This document shows positions 18,243 to 27,378 of a DNA stretch of 39,216 bases, one piece after another; position 1 is the first letter of the stretch, and each line of letters begins with the position of its first letter. Source of the stretch: a virus (Duplodnaviria; Caudoviricetes); the IMG/VR virus record IMGVR_UViG_3300032212_000062, positions 1 to 39,216 of that record; one strand, 5' to 3'. Both the position numbers and the translations under genes were made by a program. A model generated the notes under the pieces. That model was not told where the DNA came from. It saw nothing but the letters and a program-made list of their open reading frames with translations, and made no database searches.

Positions 18243-18249
18243 ATTTTTT

Positions 18250-19815
18250 CTATACTAGATCAATATCGACAATTTCTGGATATTTGTTTGCCGTTTTCAC
18301 TTTTATCTTACGAGGCTTAGACAATTGATCTGCCATACCTAATAGATCAGCTGCATTCTCAGGTAGTTTACCTGCTCCCAATCTAAGCCCCATCCAGTGC
18401 TTAGCCTTATGGCCAGCAAAGCCATTGTGCTCTACACATATCCATTCTTTGAATACTTGTAGACCACAGTGATATCTTACCAATACACTAGTAGGTGAAT
18501 TAGGCTTCTCATGTAAAGAATAGGTTACAGTGTCTACATTCTTCCATTTGGCAGCATTGCTTGCTATTATTGCATCACCACCAGCGGAAGATGATATTCC
18601 AATCTTGAATTGAAAAACATGACCACATACTGTACAAGTCTTTGCTGTTGGGTGATATATCAATCCACAGTCTGGACATGTCTTAGTTATTGGTTCACCA
18701 CCTTCACCTTTCTTCCTTTTCTTTACAGTGACATTATTAATAGGCCCAAGCCTAGCAGTATTTCCAGCAAAATCAAGAACAAGGCAATGATCTTTCCCAT
18801 CTGCAATTCTAAGCCCACGTCCGATAGTCTGGACGTGGATATTAGGACTTTGTGTAGGTCTGAGTAAAGCAATAAGGTCAATATCAGGAACGTCAAATCC
18901 AGTAGTAAGAATGTTGACATTGACCAATGCTCTGTACCTCCCTGACTTAAATCCATCAATAATGTCTGCACGATTCATCTCCATTCTTGAGTGTACTACC
19001 ATAGCACGTATTCCGCTTTGCAGTAGTCTCTCAGTTATATGTTCAGCATGCTCTATATCAATAGCAAATATCAGCCACTTCTTATAGTCTGCTCCACATT
19101 CAATTATTTCTTCAATTGCTTTATTTGTTACAGTAGGTATATCAAATGCAACTGACATTTCTGTATCTATGAAGTCTCCACCACGTATATGAAGATCATC
19201 TGTATTCATTTCAAGAGTTGTTTCTTTTGTTCTCAGAGGTGATAGCCAACCATCATCAACTAGCTTATTAAAAGCATCCATTGTAGTCAGATCATATATA
19301 AGGTCGGTAAATAAGGCTCCCTCACTGTATATAAGCCCCTGTCCTAGACGATAAGGAGTTGCTGTTACCCCTAGATACTTGGCACGTTTAAGCCCGTTTA
19401 AGAACGTCCTATACATCCCTTCACCACTTGGTGGTATCAGGTGAGCCTCATCTATTATTACAAGTTGCGTCTTTTGAAATTCTTCAACATTCTTATAGAC
19501 TGACTGTATACCAGCTACAGTTATCTGCTTATTGTCACGTCTACCAAGCCCAGCGGAATTTAATCCAACTTCAATATCTAAATGTCTTGATAGTGCATTG
19601 TGATCTTGCTCAAGAATTTCTTTAACATGTGATATTATAGTGATTTTTATATTTGGCCATCTATCTAATATTTCCTCAACAACTAAGCAAATGACAGGCG
19701 TCTTGCCACCTCCAGTGGGAATAGCAATAAGCGGATGTCCTTTTGGTTTTCTAGTGAAGAAATCAATTACCAAGGATGGCACTACAGCTTGATAATCACG
19801 ACCAATAAATTTCAT
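18250..19815 (-). CDS. SF2 DEAD/DEAH helicase, RadD/YejH-like, with a Zn finger
   Basis: RDYQ, PTGGGKT, IIDEAH, TATP, LTTGFDVP, QTIGRGLR, DFAGN and CPDC..CTVC motifs. Confidence 0.92.
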   Translation of the reverse strand: MKFIGRDYQAVVPSLVIDFFTRKPKGHPLIAIPTGGGKTPVICLVVEEILDRWPNIKITIISHVKEILEQDHNALSRHLDIEVGLNSAGLGRRDNKQITVAGIQSVYKNVEEFQKTQLVIIDEAHLIPPSGEGMYRTFLNGLKRAKYLGVTATPYRLGQGLIYSEGALFTDLIYDLTTMDAFNKLVDDGWLSPLRTKETTLEMNTDDLHIRGGDFIDTEMSVAFDIPTVTNKAIEEIIECGADYKKWLIFAIDIEHAEHITERLLQSGIRAMVVHSRMEMNRADIIDGFKSGRYRALVNVNILTTGFDVPDIDLIALLRPTQSPNIHVQTIGRGLRIADGKDHCLVLDFAGNTARLGPINNVTVKKRKKGEGGEPITKTCPDCGLIYHPTAKTCTVCGHVFQFKIGISSSAGGDAIIASNAAKWKNVDTVTYSLHEKPNSPTSVLVRYHCGLQVFKEWICVEHNGFAGHKAKHWMGLRLGAGKLPENAADLLGMADQLSKPRKIKVKTANKYPEIVDIDLV

Positions 19816-19868
19816 GCATCACCTTCGTTTAGTATCGCTGCTGTTATGGCGTGTTGTATATATCACTG

Positions 19869-20063
19869 TTATGTGTCAAAACGATGCTCTCTATCTAACG
19901 CTCTGGCTCTATCAATAGCTGGCACCACCATTTCCTTAAATATCTCTGCCAACATATAGCAAGATATTTGCTTCCTTAAATTCTCTGGAACATTTTTATA
20001 GCTCTCATAATAAACATCGCAGCATTCTTGCTTAACATTTATCGCTGTGGTTCCTGCATTCAT
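19869..20063 (-). CDS. Hypothetical protein (64 aa) with gene-cassette-like boundaries
   Basis: AAAGG RBS; flanked by the inverted 9-mers at 19867-19875 and 20089-20097. Confidence 0.55.
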   Translation of the reverse strand: MNAGTTAINVKQECCDVYYESYKNVPENLRKQISCYMLAEIFKEMVVPAIDRARALDREHRFDT

Positions 20064-20232
20064 AATATTTGCCTTTAGTAGTTAAAATCACATAACAAGT
20101 AATTCAACCAGACGCTGAACCCTTGTTTTGTTCACTTGTATTAACTTCTGCTTTGTTTTTTATTTTGCTCATAGTAATTCTCCTTTTCGTTTATAATAAG
20201 TCGTTTAATTCCGACTCGCTAGTGTTTGCTCA

Positions 20233-20493
20233 TCACTCACCATCCTTCTGTATGCGCTGTTGTAATTGTTTAATGTACTCATCAAACCCAGTCATAGAGA
20301 ATTTACACTTATTAATTACTCTTATTGCAAATTCATTATTAACCTTATCTAGCAATGCAAGCTTCTTACGCTGTACATCGGTTGCTGTGTAGGTTTTAGG
20401 TAATGGGAGCATATGCCCATGACTATATCCATTAGGACAAAGTCGACTTAAATTATTTTCGTCTTGGCTGCACTTAATACATTTACTCATCAT
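20233..20493 (-). CDS. Hypothetical protein with a possible N-terminal Zn ribbon
   Basis: AAAGGA RBS; CIKC...CP....H. Confidence 0.6.
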   Translation of the reverse strand: MMSKCIKCSQDENNLSRLCPNGYSHGHMLPLPKTYTATDVQRKKLALLDKVNNEFAIRVINKCKFSMTGFDEYIKQLQQRIQKDGE

Positions 20494-20505
20494 ATTTCCT
20501 TTAGG

Positions 20506-21408
20506 CTATGCCTTGTTTACCTTCAATAATATGTCTTTGATTTCAGGAATCATATCCCATCTACTACACCCTTTTTCTTGATCTTTTAATGACAATTCTT
20601 TTCCATTCATTTCACAAGTCCACTTACCTTCATCTTCAATGCAACCTCTAACACAACTTCTGCAATTCTTTAAAGGCATAGCATCTGATTGGCATACTGC
20701 TTTAGCATCACACCACTTACATTCAAACCATGTAGCATTGCCTATCCGCTTTGGTGGGATTGTAGAAGTTAGAATATCCATCCCAACAGATTCAAGATGC
20801 TCAAATTCATCTTTATCAAAGTGTACTCTTATATAGTGACGCTCCTCAGTGTCCTTGTTAGTAGCTACAAAGAAGGCACGATCAATCTTAAGCTTGCCCA
20901 TATATGAATTAAGTTGTCCATAGTATACAGGAAACACTTTCTTGATTGCTTCCTGATTGGCACCTGCTTTGTAAAGCTCTTTCCACTTACTAGATTTCAT
21001 AGTTTTGAATTCAGCTAGATGCTCTGTCTTTTCAGCACCTGGCAATCCAAGGATTCTACCATCAATATGTCCTTTGATGTGAGAGGCTAGACCAATGATC
21101 TCTTCCTGCTCTTCACCTATTGTTCCAAATATTTCAACATGGTTGCCTTCTTCATCTACACGATAGACTTCACAACCTATTGCTTTAAGGTCTCTGATGA
21201 TACGTGCTTCTTCAAGGTCACCACGCTCAAATATGCGCTTCAATCTTTGAGTGATAACCTTCTTGAAAGTCCAGCGGAATCCTAACCAAAGGTATCTCTT
21301 GCAAGGATGTGCAAGTCCAGAGTATCCTAGATATGGCCTAGGCATCTGAACTATATCATTGTTATCTAAGGAATCCTGTATAGGATTATTTATTGGTATA
21401 AGTGCCAT
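20506..21408 (-). CDS. Cas4-like PD-(D/E)xK exonuclease
   Basis: RPYLG.S....C.R.LW, GHIDG, EFKT, YYGQ...YM, CKWC....VC and a second Cys cluster CRSC..C..C. Confidence 0.85.
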   Translation of the reverse strand: MALIPINNPIQDSLDNNDIVQMPRPYLGYSGLAHPCKRYLWLGFRWTFKKVITQRLKRIFERGDLEEARIIRDLKAIGCEVYRVDEEGNHVEIFGTIGEEQEEIIGLASHIKGHIDGRILGLPGAEKTEHLAEFKTMKSSKWKELYKAGANQEAIKKVFPVYYGQLNSYMGKLKIDRAFFVATNKDTEERHYIRVHFDKDEFEHLESVGMDILTSTIPPKRIGNATWFECKWCDAKAVCQSDAMPLKNCRSCVRGCIEDEGKWTCEMNGKELSLKDQEKGCSRWDMIPEIKDILLKVNKA

Positions 21409-21692
21409 TACTTTGCCTCCTTTTGATCAGGTTCAGGCAGTGGCCATGGATCAACATCTACAAGATCAAGATCATTAATCTCAAATACTTCATAGAATAA
21501 ATCTTTACCTTCCATTATGATGCGTCTACGCTTATTGCCAGAGTGATCAAGCATGCGATAAGATACATCATCAGGGAAGTGTTCAAGAATACCTCTAACT
21601 GCTGCATCCTTAGTTGCATATCCACCAGCAAGAACTTCACGTATTGGAAGCTCTTCATCTGATCTAAATACTCTTTGAATTATGAAATTCAC
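21408..21692 (-). CDS. Hypothetical protein (94 aa)
   Basis: AGGAG RBS and GTG start; TAATG coupling to the exonuclease. Confidence 0.7.
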   Translation of the reverse strand: MNFIIQRVFRSDEELPIREVLAGGYATKDAAVRGILEHFPDDVSYRMLDHSGNKRRRIIMEGKDLFYEVFEINDLDLVDVDPWPLPEPDQKEAK

Positions 21693-21717
21693 TTTATTCT
21701 CCTGTTTGGTTTTTGAA

Positions 21718-21778
21718 AAGATGACTGGCTACGAATATGTTATAGGCATATCCATCAAGAAGTGTAACCAATCACCTT
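21718..21778 (-). ncRNA. Candidate structured RNA element (long stem, one-sided bulge, upper stem)
   Basis: GGUGAUUGGUUAC pairs with GUAGCCAGUCAUC (13 bp, 3 G-U); inner GGAUAUG/CAUAUUC stem; 10-nt bulge. Pairing works fully only on the minus strand. Confidence 0.45.
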
Positions 21779-21781
21779 ATT

Positions 21782-21803
21782 AAAAACGCCTCATCCTTGA
21801 GGC
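21782..21803 (-). terminator. Intrinsic terminator after the SSB gene
   Basis: GCCUCA-AGGA-UGAGGC followed by GUUUUUA. Confidence 0.65.
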
Positions 21804-21811
21804 TAGCATAA

Positions 21812-22318
21812 CTAGTCTTCATCTTCTGCAAATGGGTCAACACCTTCAGCAATAGCACCACCTTCTATAGCAAAATACTTGCTAATCTCATTCTTGGCAG
21901 GAAATGAGTTAGATGCAGGAATCAGCTTAAGATTAAAGCCAAAAGGCTTGCTATGTAGTTGAGTTGAGTCAACAACTTCTGCAACGCCACAAGCATCAGA
22001 TAATGAACGTAGTTCTTTCATTGAATTTTCAACTGCAATAGGATTAGGATTAACAATATTAAGTCCAATAAAAATTGAACGGCCAATTGTACCTTCTGGC
22101 CCATCAAGAATCTTAACAGTCATATTTAGACGTTTTCCAGACTGATCATGCTCACCTAATTCAGCAGACGCCTTAGTCTGTTTAATACCAGATTTAACAA
22201 TCTCACCAGTGTAGTCAATAGGTACACCTCCCTCTGCTGTAGGCAGCGGAGAGAAGTCATCCATTGTTTCATGGTCTTGAGCACGGAAAACTTGTGGAAG
22301 CATAGTAGTTTCATTCAT
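21812..22318 (-). CDS. Single-stranded DNA-binding protein, DUF669-like
   Basis: F.PLP...Y..EIV, KILDGP...GR.IF..LNI.NPN..A....K.L..L..ACG; acidic C-terminal tail DPFAEDED; follows the Sak4-like ATPase. Confidence 0.78.
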   Translation of the reverse strand: MNETTMLPQVFRAQDHETMDDFSPLPTAEGGVPIDYTGEIVKSGIKQTKASAELGEHDQSGKRLNMTVKILDGPEGTIGRSIFIGLNIVNPNPIAVENSMKELRSLSDACGVAEVVDSTQLHSKPFGFNLKLIPASNSFPAKNEISKYFAIEGGAIAEGVDPFAEDED

Positions 22319-23046
22319 TATTTCTTACCTTCATCTTTAGTTGTTTGGACATCCTTCTTTGGCGGAGTCCTAGCCATAATCTTCTTGATGATTGCAGTCA
22401 TATTCGGTCGCTCAACAGGCTTGAGTTTTCCGCTTCTGTCCTTGGCATCATGAGTGATACTAGGCTGAGTTTGTAGATAACGATACTCTTCATCTACTCC
22501 ATCAACCTTCATAGTGCCTATCCTGAGTGAAAACACTTCATCAGTCAGGTAAGGCATCTCTCTGTTGAGAGTTTTCCCAGGCATAGATGCTCCATAGGTA
22601 GTTATACCTGTGTGATCATCTGTTATTCTGGACTGTTTAGCTATAAATAGCACATTCTTTTTTGGAATATCACGAAACTTACGAAGCAGCTTCATGAATT
22701 CATCATTCAATTTGCAATAAGCCTTACGGCCATCAGCATATTGACTAGTATATTCACCCAACATCCTCTCAGCTAGATCAGATATTGAGTCAATACATAT
22801 AGTTTCAAACTCATCTCCTTCTGGACCAGTTACCATGTCATAAGCTTCATTGAATTCATCAATACTTATAACTTCAATTACAGGAATATCCATCTCAGAT
22901 AAGGACAAAAGCCCTCGCTCAGCGGAAATTATGATTGGCTTTGGGCAAGTTGCACAGAGTGTAGTTTTACCTACCCCTGAAATTCCGTAAACAGTAGTTT
23001 TTACAGAATCAACTGCATGCCTAGTGTTGGATATCTTAACTGGCAC
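22318..23046 (-). CDS. Sak4-like (AAA_24) recombination ATPase
   Basis: Walker A YGISGVGKTT, Walker B ICIDSIS and AKDRSGKL. GTG start at 23046 after GGAG. Confidence 0.85.
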   Translation of the reverse strand: MPVKISNTRHAVDSVKTTVYGISGVGKTTLCATCPKPIIISAERGLLSLSEMDIPVIEVISIDEFNEAYDMVTGPEGDEFETICIDSISDLAERMLGEYTSQYADGRKAYCKLNDEFMKLLRKFRDIPKKNVLFIAKQSRITDDHTGITTYGASMPGKTLNREMPYLTDEVFSLRIGTMKVDGVDEEYRYLQTQPSITHDAKDRSGKLKPVERPNMTAIIKKIMARTPPKKDVQTTKDEGKK

Positions 23047-23410
23047 TAGTGTCTCCTTCCAATTCTTCTGCACTTTGTGTTTTTTCAAGCTCAATATTAG
23101 CAGCCTTAACTGCCATATTAGCATTAGTGTAACGAATAGCCTTCCAAATGAATTCAAGACCTTCTTCATCTAGCCTTAACATATCAGTCATAAGTGCAAA
23201 TTGATCTGGAACCCAATTATTTGGAGATACCATACCACCTGCAATACGAATTCCATTATCATTACTAGACAGACCTATGTGTGCAATGGCGCATGCACCT
23301 ACTTTGTCACATTCTAGCATAAATTCATTGAACTTTTTGAAAAGATCACTAGACTCATCATCAAAACTTTCTGACAAATCATACATTGGTCTTTCATTAT
23401 TTTCGCTCAT
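23036..23410 (-). CDS. Hypothetical protein (124 aa, acidic)
   Basis: AGGAG RBS; part of a coupled early operon. Confidence 0.7.
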   Translation of the reverse strand: MSENNERPMYDLSESFDDESSDLFKKFNEFMLECDKVGACAIAHIGLSSNDNGIRIAGGMVSPNNWVPDQFALMTDMLRLDEEGLEFIWKAIRYTNANMAVKAANIELEKTQSAEELEGDTSAS

Positions 23411-23630
23411 TGTTCATTCTCCTGTTAATGTTATCTGTTAAGTCACGAAAGCGACTAGCGTGTTCTTTTGAATTGTATGGTATAGTATGCCACTTGCAAT
23501 TAAAGTTTTGCACCCAAAAGTGTGCACCTTTTGTAATGCGAGTTCTTAGCTCAATTAAGGATGCCAACATATGTGGGTGCTCCAAATCTGCATAAGCCAT
23601 TACTGTTTCTTCATTAGTCATTATCATCAC
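23397..23630 (-). CDS. Hypothetical protein (about 75 aa)
   Basis: AGGTG RBS-like sequence; overlaps the next gene. Exact start codon uncertain. Confidence 0.6.
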   Translation of the reverse strand: MMIMTNEETVMAYADLEHPHMLASLIELRTRITKGAHFWVQNFNCKWHTIPYNSKEHASRFRDLTDNINRRMNNERK

Positions 23631-23639
23631 CTATTTAAA

Positions 23640-23921
23640 TTATACCAAAAGACTTATCATGTCTTTACGTAGTGTTACATTATTGCTATTTAGGTCTATT
23701 GCATTGACATATTCAATCAAGTCAGTGGAGTTGTCAACATATTCATGTATCCCAACTCCTTCAATAAGGAATTCAAAACCATCTTTGTTGGACAATATCT
23801 TCTTCATAGCAGACGCACTAGCAGATTGATTATATGTTTTGCCATCTTTCTGAATAGAGCCATCAGTATGGATTGATATACAGAATCCATCAGGTATTTT
23901 TTGCTTTACAATTATGGCCAT
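23640..23921 (-). CDS. Hypothetical protein (93 aa)
   Basis: GGAG RBS and TAATG overlap at 23921 (MAIIVKQK...). Confidence 0.65.
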   Translation of the reverse strand: MAIIVKQKIPDGFCISIHTDGSIQKDGKTYNQSASASAMKKILSNKDGFEFLIEGVGIHEYVDNSTDLIEYVNAIDLNSNNVTLRKDMISLLV

Positions 23922-24316
23922 TATCTTTCTCCAATTAGCCAAGCAACTAGAATCTTTGCTTTATCAGGGTCATCAACATTACCCATCTCAACCTCACGAA
24001 TCTGCTGAGTGAAGTCATCAAGATCATAACCAGAGATATCAACACCAAACATGCTTTTGTATATCTCACCTACTTCAACAATCTGTAGTTCAGGTGATAC
24101 CCATCCTCGATCTTCCCGCTCAATCCACCGCATGTTATAATTACAAACATACCCTTCATGATAGAGGACATCAGTGTGCTCCATTGTAATCTTTCCACTT
24201 GAACTTGGCTTGTGAGGTTCAGCAAAGTAATTGACTTTTAACTTCTCACCATTCATGCCAATTATTATGTCACCAACTTTTACTTCTTTGTTATTGTGAG
24301 TGTATACTAGTTTCAT
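23921..24316 (-). CDS. Hypothetical protein (131 aa)
   Basis: AGGAG RBS and TAATG coupling on both sides. Confidence 0.7.
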   Translation of the reverse strand: MKLVYTHNNKEVKVGDIIIGMNGEKLKVNYFAEPHKPSSSGKITMEHTDVLYHEGYVCNYNMRWIEREDRGWVSPELQIVEVGEIYKSMFGVDISGYDLDDFTQQIREVEMGNVDDPDKAKILVAWLIGER

Positions 24317-24696
24317 TATGACTCTCCTTCTTCAATAGTAACTACCAATGAAGGCATTGCCGGTTTTGTAATTAGGATAGAGTTCATCAGATCAGGGTGA
24401 GGTAAACGTTGGTAAGCAGATTTGACAAAGGCAGGATTGTAAGATATACAAGCACGTTCATCTTCATCAAAGTTAGGATATAACTCAGCAAGTATTTCCT
24501 TATCAAGTGAGTAGGTGATTTTCTTAGTGGCCTTTATTTTAAAGCCGTCTATATTAAAGGTATGTGTACCTTCTACTTTACCCTCAAGTAGCTCATCACA
24601 TATTTGCTGTCTTAGTTTTGCTTCAGCAGCTTTAGCATCTTTAGCAACCAATACAGCAGCGGTAAAGTTAGCTAGTAAGTCAGAATTAATCTTCAT
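24316..24696 (-). CDS. Conserved phage protein of the kind found beside Sak4/Cas4-like modules
   Basis: K..EA.LR..I.......EGT.T.....F.IK.T.K..Y.LD...KPA.PS pattern; first gene after the leftward promoter; AAGGA RBS. Confidence 0.7.
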   Translation of the reverse strand: MKINSDLLANFTAAVLVAKDAKAAEAKLRQQICDELLEGKVEGTHTFNIDGFKIKATKKITYSLDKEILAELYPNFDEDERACISYNPAFVKSAYQRLPHPDLMNSILITKPAMPSLVVTIEEGES

Positions 24697-24764
24697 AGGT
24701 ATTCCTTAGTGTAGTGTTAGTTGGATTGTGTACGTTAGTTCATAGTTAACGTTTTACCCTATCT

Positions 24765-24793
24765 ATTATATAGAATACAAAAATTGAAGTCTA
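24765..24793 (-). promoter_or_regulatory. Sigma70-like leftward promoter
   Basis: TAGACT (24793-24788), 17-bp spacer, TATAAT (24770-24765). Confidence 0.75.
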
Positions 24794-24829
24794 ATAGAAT
24801 CTCCTTATAGGGGTATAGATAATATTAAT

Positions 24830-24858
24830 TAGACTTTGCTTTTCAGGCAGTATATAAT
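24830..24858 (+). promoter_or_regulatory. Sigma70-like rightward promoter for the primase gene
   Basis: TAGACT (24830-24835), 17-bp spacer, TATAAT (24853-24858). Confidence 0.75.
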
Positions 24859-24904
24859 ATAGGCTTGACACTATTCATAACTAAAACAAATTGGGGTATC
24901 ATTA

Positions 24905-27163
24905 GTGAAGATTACCAACTTCCAAGGGAATCAGATGAATGCCACTGGTGGCATAGTCAGAGAAGTGTCAATAGAAGATTTAGCAGAATTGTTTAATGAG
25001 CCACGTAAGGGCAATAAGCATATAGGCTATTTTGTTAGAGGTGAACTTAATCCACCAGAGAGAAAAGATGCATACTTGGCTTCCGCTGATATGTTGGTTC
25101 TTGACGGTGATGCAACTAACACAGATGACAGTTCCTGTTGTCCTCCTATTGACGTCAATATGGCATTGACTGAGATGAATATAAATCATGTTATTTATAC
25201 TACTCACAGTCATAGCTTCAATAAGAATAAGTTCAGGGTTATAATACCTTGTACAATAACAAGCAAGGACAATTTAAAGAGTACCGTTTTAGCTATACTA
25301 AAGGAGTTAAAAAATAAGGATGTTGACATTAAGAATGTTAAAGAGATGTCAACTTGGACTCAGCCATGGTTTATACCTAGCAGAGATGATCCAACAGATG
25401 GAATGTTTGAATTCTATTCTTACACAACAGGTGATGATTATGTGGAATCTGAAAGTAGTTTTGGTATCAACGCTAGCGACATTGTTTCTAATAGCCCTAG
25501 CGATGATGGCAATAGGGCTGTGGTCAGCAGTCCTTCTGAAAGTATATCTGATATTATTCGCTGCATAACTAATGGTGAAGAAGGTTTACACCATGCAGTT
25601 AACAAATATGCTTATATGCAGGTTAAGGATGGTATAGCTCCTAACACAATAGTTGCTACACTACAGGGTCTAATGTCAGCATGTCCTTCTCAGGATGAGC
25701 GATGGCAAGAGAGATATGCAGATATACCTCGCTGTGTAGATGGTGCAGTAAACAAGATGGTTGAAGAGTCTACAGTAGATGTTACTGATCTCAATACCAA
25801 AGGCAGTGAGGCTATAGCTGAAATACCTTGGCCACCTGGCTTACTTGGTCAACTAGCGGAAGATGCATATCAAACACAAGTCTATCAATATCGTGAGGTT
25901 GCGGTAGTTTCCGCTGTAGGTTTGGTTGCAGGCATTGCCGGTCGCAAGTTCAATGTATCCAACACAGGATTGAATGTATATCTAACTCTTATCATGGATA
26001 CTGGTATGGGTAAGGATTCCATTGTCAAGTTCATAAGTCGTGCATTGTTTGATATTGTTGATGAAGGCGATGGCCTAGCAACTAGCTCCTTTCTTGGCAA
26101 GTCCAAGTTCACTGGTGCTAAAGCAATAGTTAATAGGATGAAAAGTGCATTATCGCAAATATCTGTATTTACTGAAGCAGGTCTACTCATGCAGACCAAG
26201 AGTGGTGATCAGTCTGGCATACTTAGGACTTTACTTGACATTTATACTAAGTCTGGTAATAATGATATCTTCATTGGGGCTGAGTATAGTGACGAAGACA
26301 AGTCTGTTCCTAACCTTCGTGCTCCTGCACTTAGCATTATCAATGAGTCTACTGCTGATAGCTTACAGCAGGCTTTTAAGGATAACAATAGTATTGACTC
26401 TGGCCATCTTCCTCGTCAGTCTATATATAGAGTAGTCGGCGATAAGCCATATCGTAATTGGAACGCCGGTGAATCTCATATATCTGATATATGTATGGAG
26501 AAGTTGAAAGAGCTATCAGTCAAGTGTTCTAAGGTTCAGGCAATAAGTGATCCTAAGGCATGGGACTTTTATTTTGCAGAAGGTATAGGCAAACGTGCTA
26601 GTGAACTAGAGCAATTCTATACTGATGAGTATAATACATTTAGAGGTACCAATAATACTAAGGCTAACATGGCATCTCGTATGCCTCTGAAGGCTTTGAA
26701 GTTCGCAGCTATTGCATCTGTCTTTAATCACCATGAGCTTGTTATTCATAAGACTGAATGGGAATGGGCTGAAGCATTAGTTAAGTATGAGTATGACGGT
26801 GTTGATAGCTTCTTTGTCTCAGCTGGTAGCGGAGAGATGGGCGATATTGTAACTCACGTAGTTGGTCCATGTATCATTAAGATGCTCAAGGGAGGCTACA
26901 AGTCTTATAAGAGTAGTATTAGTACCATTGATAGACACGCCGGTATTATTCCTTTGTCTGTTCTATCATTCAATCTTAAGTCCAACACTGCTCTTAAGAA
27001 ACTGGATGATGATGCAACATTCAGAACTAATCCAAAGACAGGACTACAGAAGATACTTGATCATATGATTCAATATGAGTATATCAAGATAATTAAAGAC
27101 CCACATGGTAGACGCAAACAAGTCTATAAAGTAACTGATCAATTTAGGACATTAATGTCATGA
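24905..27163 (+). CDS. Primase (AEP/prim-pol-type N-terminus) fused to a DUF3987-like helicase domain
   Basis: LVLDGD (DxD), IYTTHSH....KFRVIIP and QPWFIP in the N-terminus; WPPGLLG, NVY......TGMGKD P-loop and DSG.L.R in the C-terminus. Confidence 0.8.
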   Translation: MKITNFQGNQMNATGGIVREVSIEDLAELFNEPRKGNKHIGYFVRGELNPPERKDAYLASADMLVLDGDATNTDDSSCCPPIDVNMALTEMNINHVIYTTHSHSFNKNKFRVIIPCTITSKDNLKSTVLAILKELKNKDVDIKNVKEMSTWTQPWFIPSRDDPTDGMFEFYSYTTGDDYVESESSFGINASDIVSNSPSDDGNRAVVSSPSESISDIIRCITNGEEGLHHAVNKYAYMQVKDGIAPNTIVATLQGLMSACPSQDERWQERYADIPRCVDGAVNKMVEESTVDVTDLNTKGSEAIAEIPWPPGLLGQLAEDAYQTQVYQYREVAVVSAVGLVAGIAGRKFNVSNTGLNVYLTLIMDTGMGKDSIVKFISRALFDIVDEGDGLATSSFLGKSKFTGAKAIVNRMKSALSQISVFTEAGLLMQTKSGDQSGILRTLLDIYTKSGNNDIFIGAEYSDEDKSVPNLRAPALSIINESTADSLQQAFKDNNSIDSGHLPRQSIYRVVGDKPYRNWNAGESHISDICMEKLKELSVKCSKVQAISDPKAWDFYFAEGIGKRASELEQFYTDEYNTFRGTNNTKANMASRMPLKALKFAAIASVFNHHELVIHKTEWEWAEALVKYEYDGVDSFFVSAGSGEMGDIVTHVVGPCIIKMLKGGYKSYKSSISTIDRHAGIIPLSVLSFNLKSNTALKKLDDDATFRTNPKTGLQKILDHMIQYEYIKIIKDPHGRRKQVYKVTDQFRTLMS

Positions 27164-27378
27164 GTTTAATAAGCGCAAAAGATTTAGCAAAAGACAAGTT
27201 TCCGCTTGTCTATGAGGCATCTCTTTATATAGAGGACTCTGCCTTCATGAGTCCTTCTGAGGTGTTACGAACTATAATGGATAAGTATAATATGCCTTAC
27301 CCTGATACTACAGCATCTATGTATAGTGCTATGCATTATGTAGAGTCAAAGCTAGAAGTGATATATGGTTCAGAGTAG
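27160..27378 (+). CDS. Hypothetical protein (72 aa)
   Basis: ATGA overlap with the primase stop. Confidence 0.6.
   Translation: MSLISAKDLAKDKFPLVYEASLYIEDSAFMSPSEVLRTIMDKYNMPYPDTTASMYSAMHYVESKLEVIYGSE

Noticed and set aside
20506-21408. CRISPR-Cas locus implied by the Cas4-like gene
   Set aside because: No repeat-spacer array or other cas genes were found; stand-alone Cas4-like nucleases are common in phage recombination modules.
24697-24904. Lysogeny switch (cI/cro) at the divergent promoters
   Set aside because: The flanking genes are a primase and a recombination-module protein; no integrase, repressor or partition genes were found.
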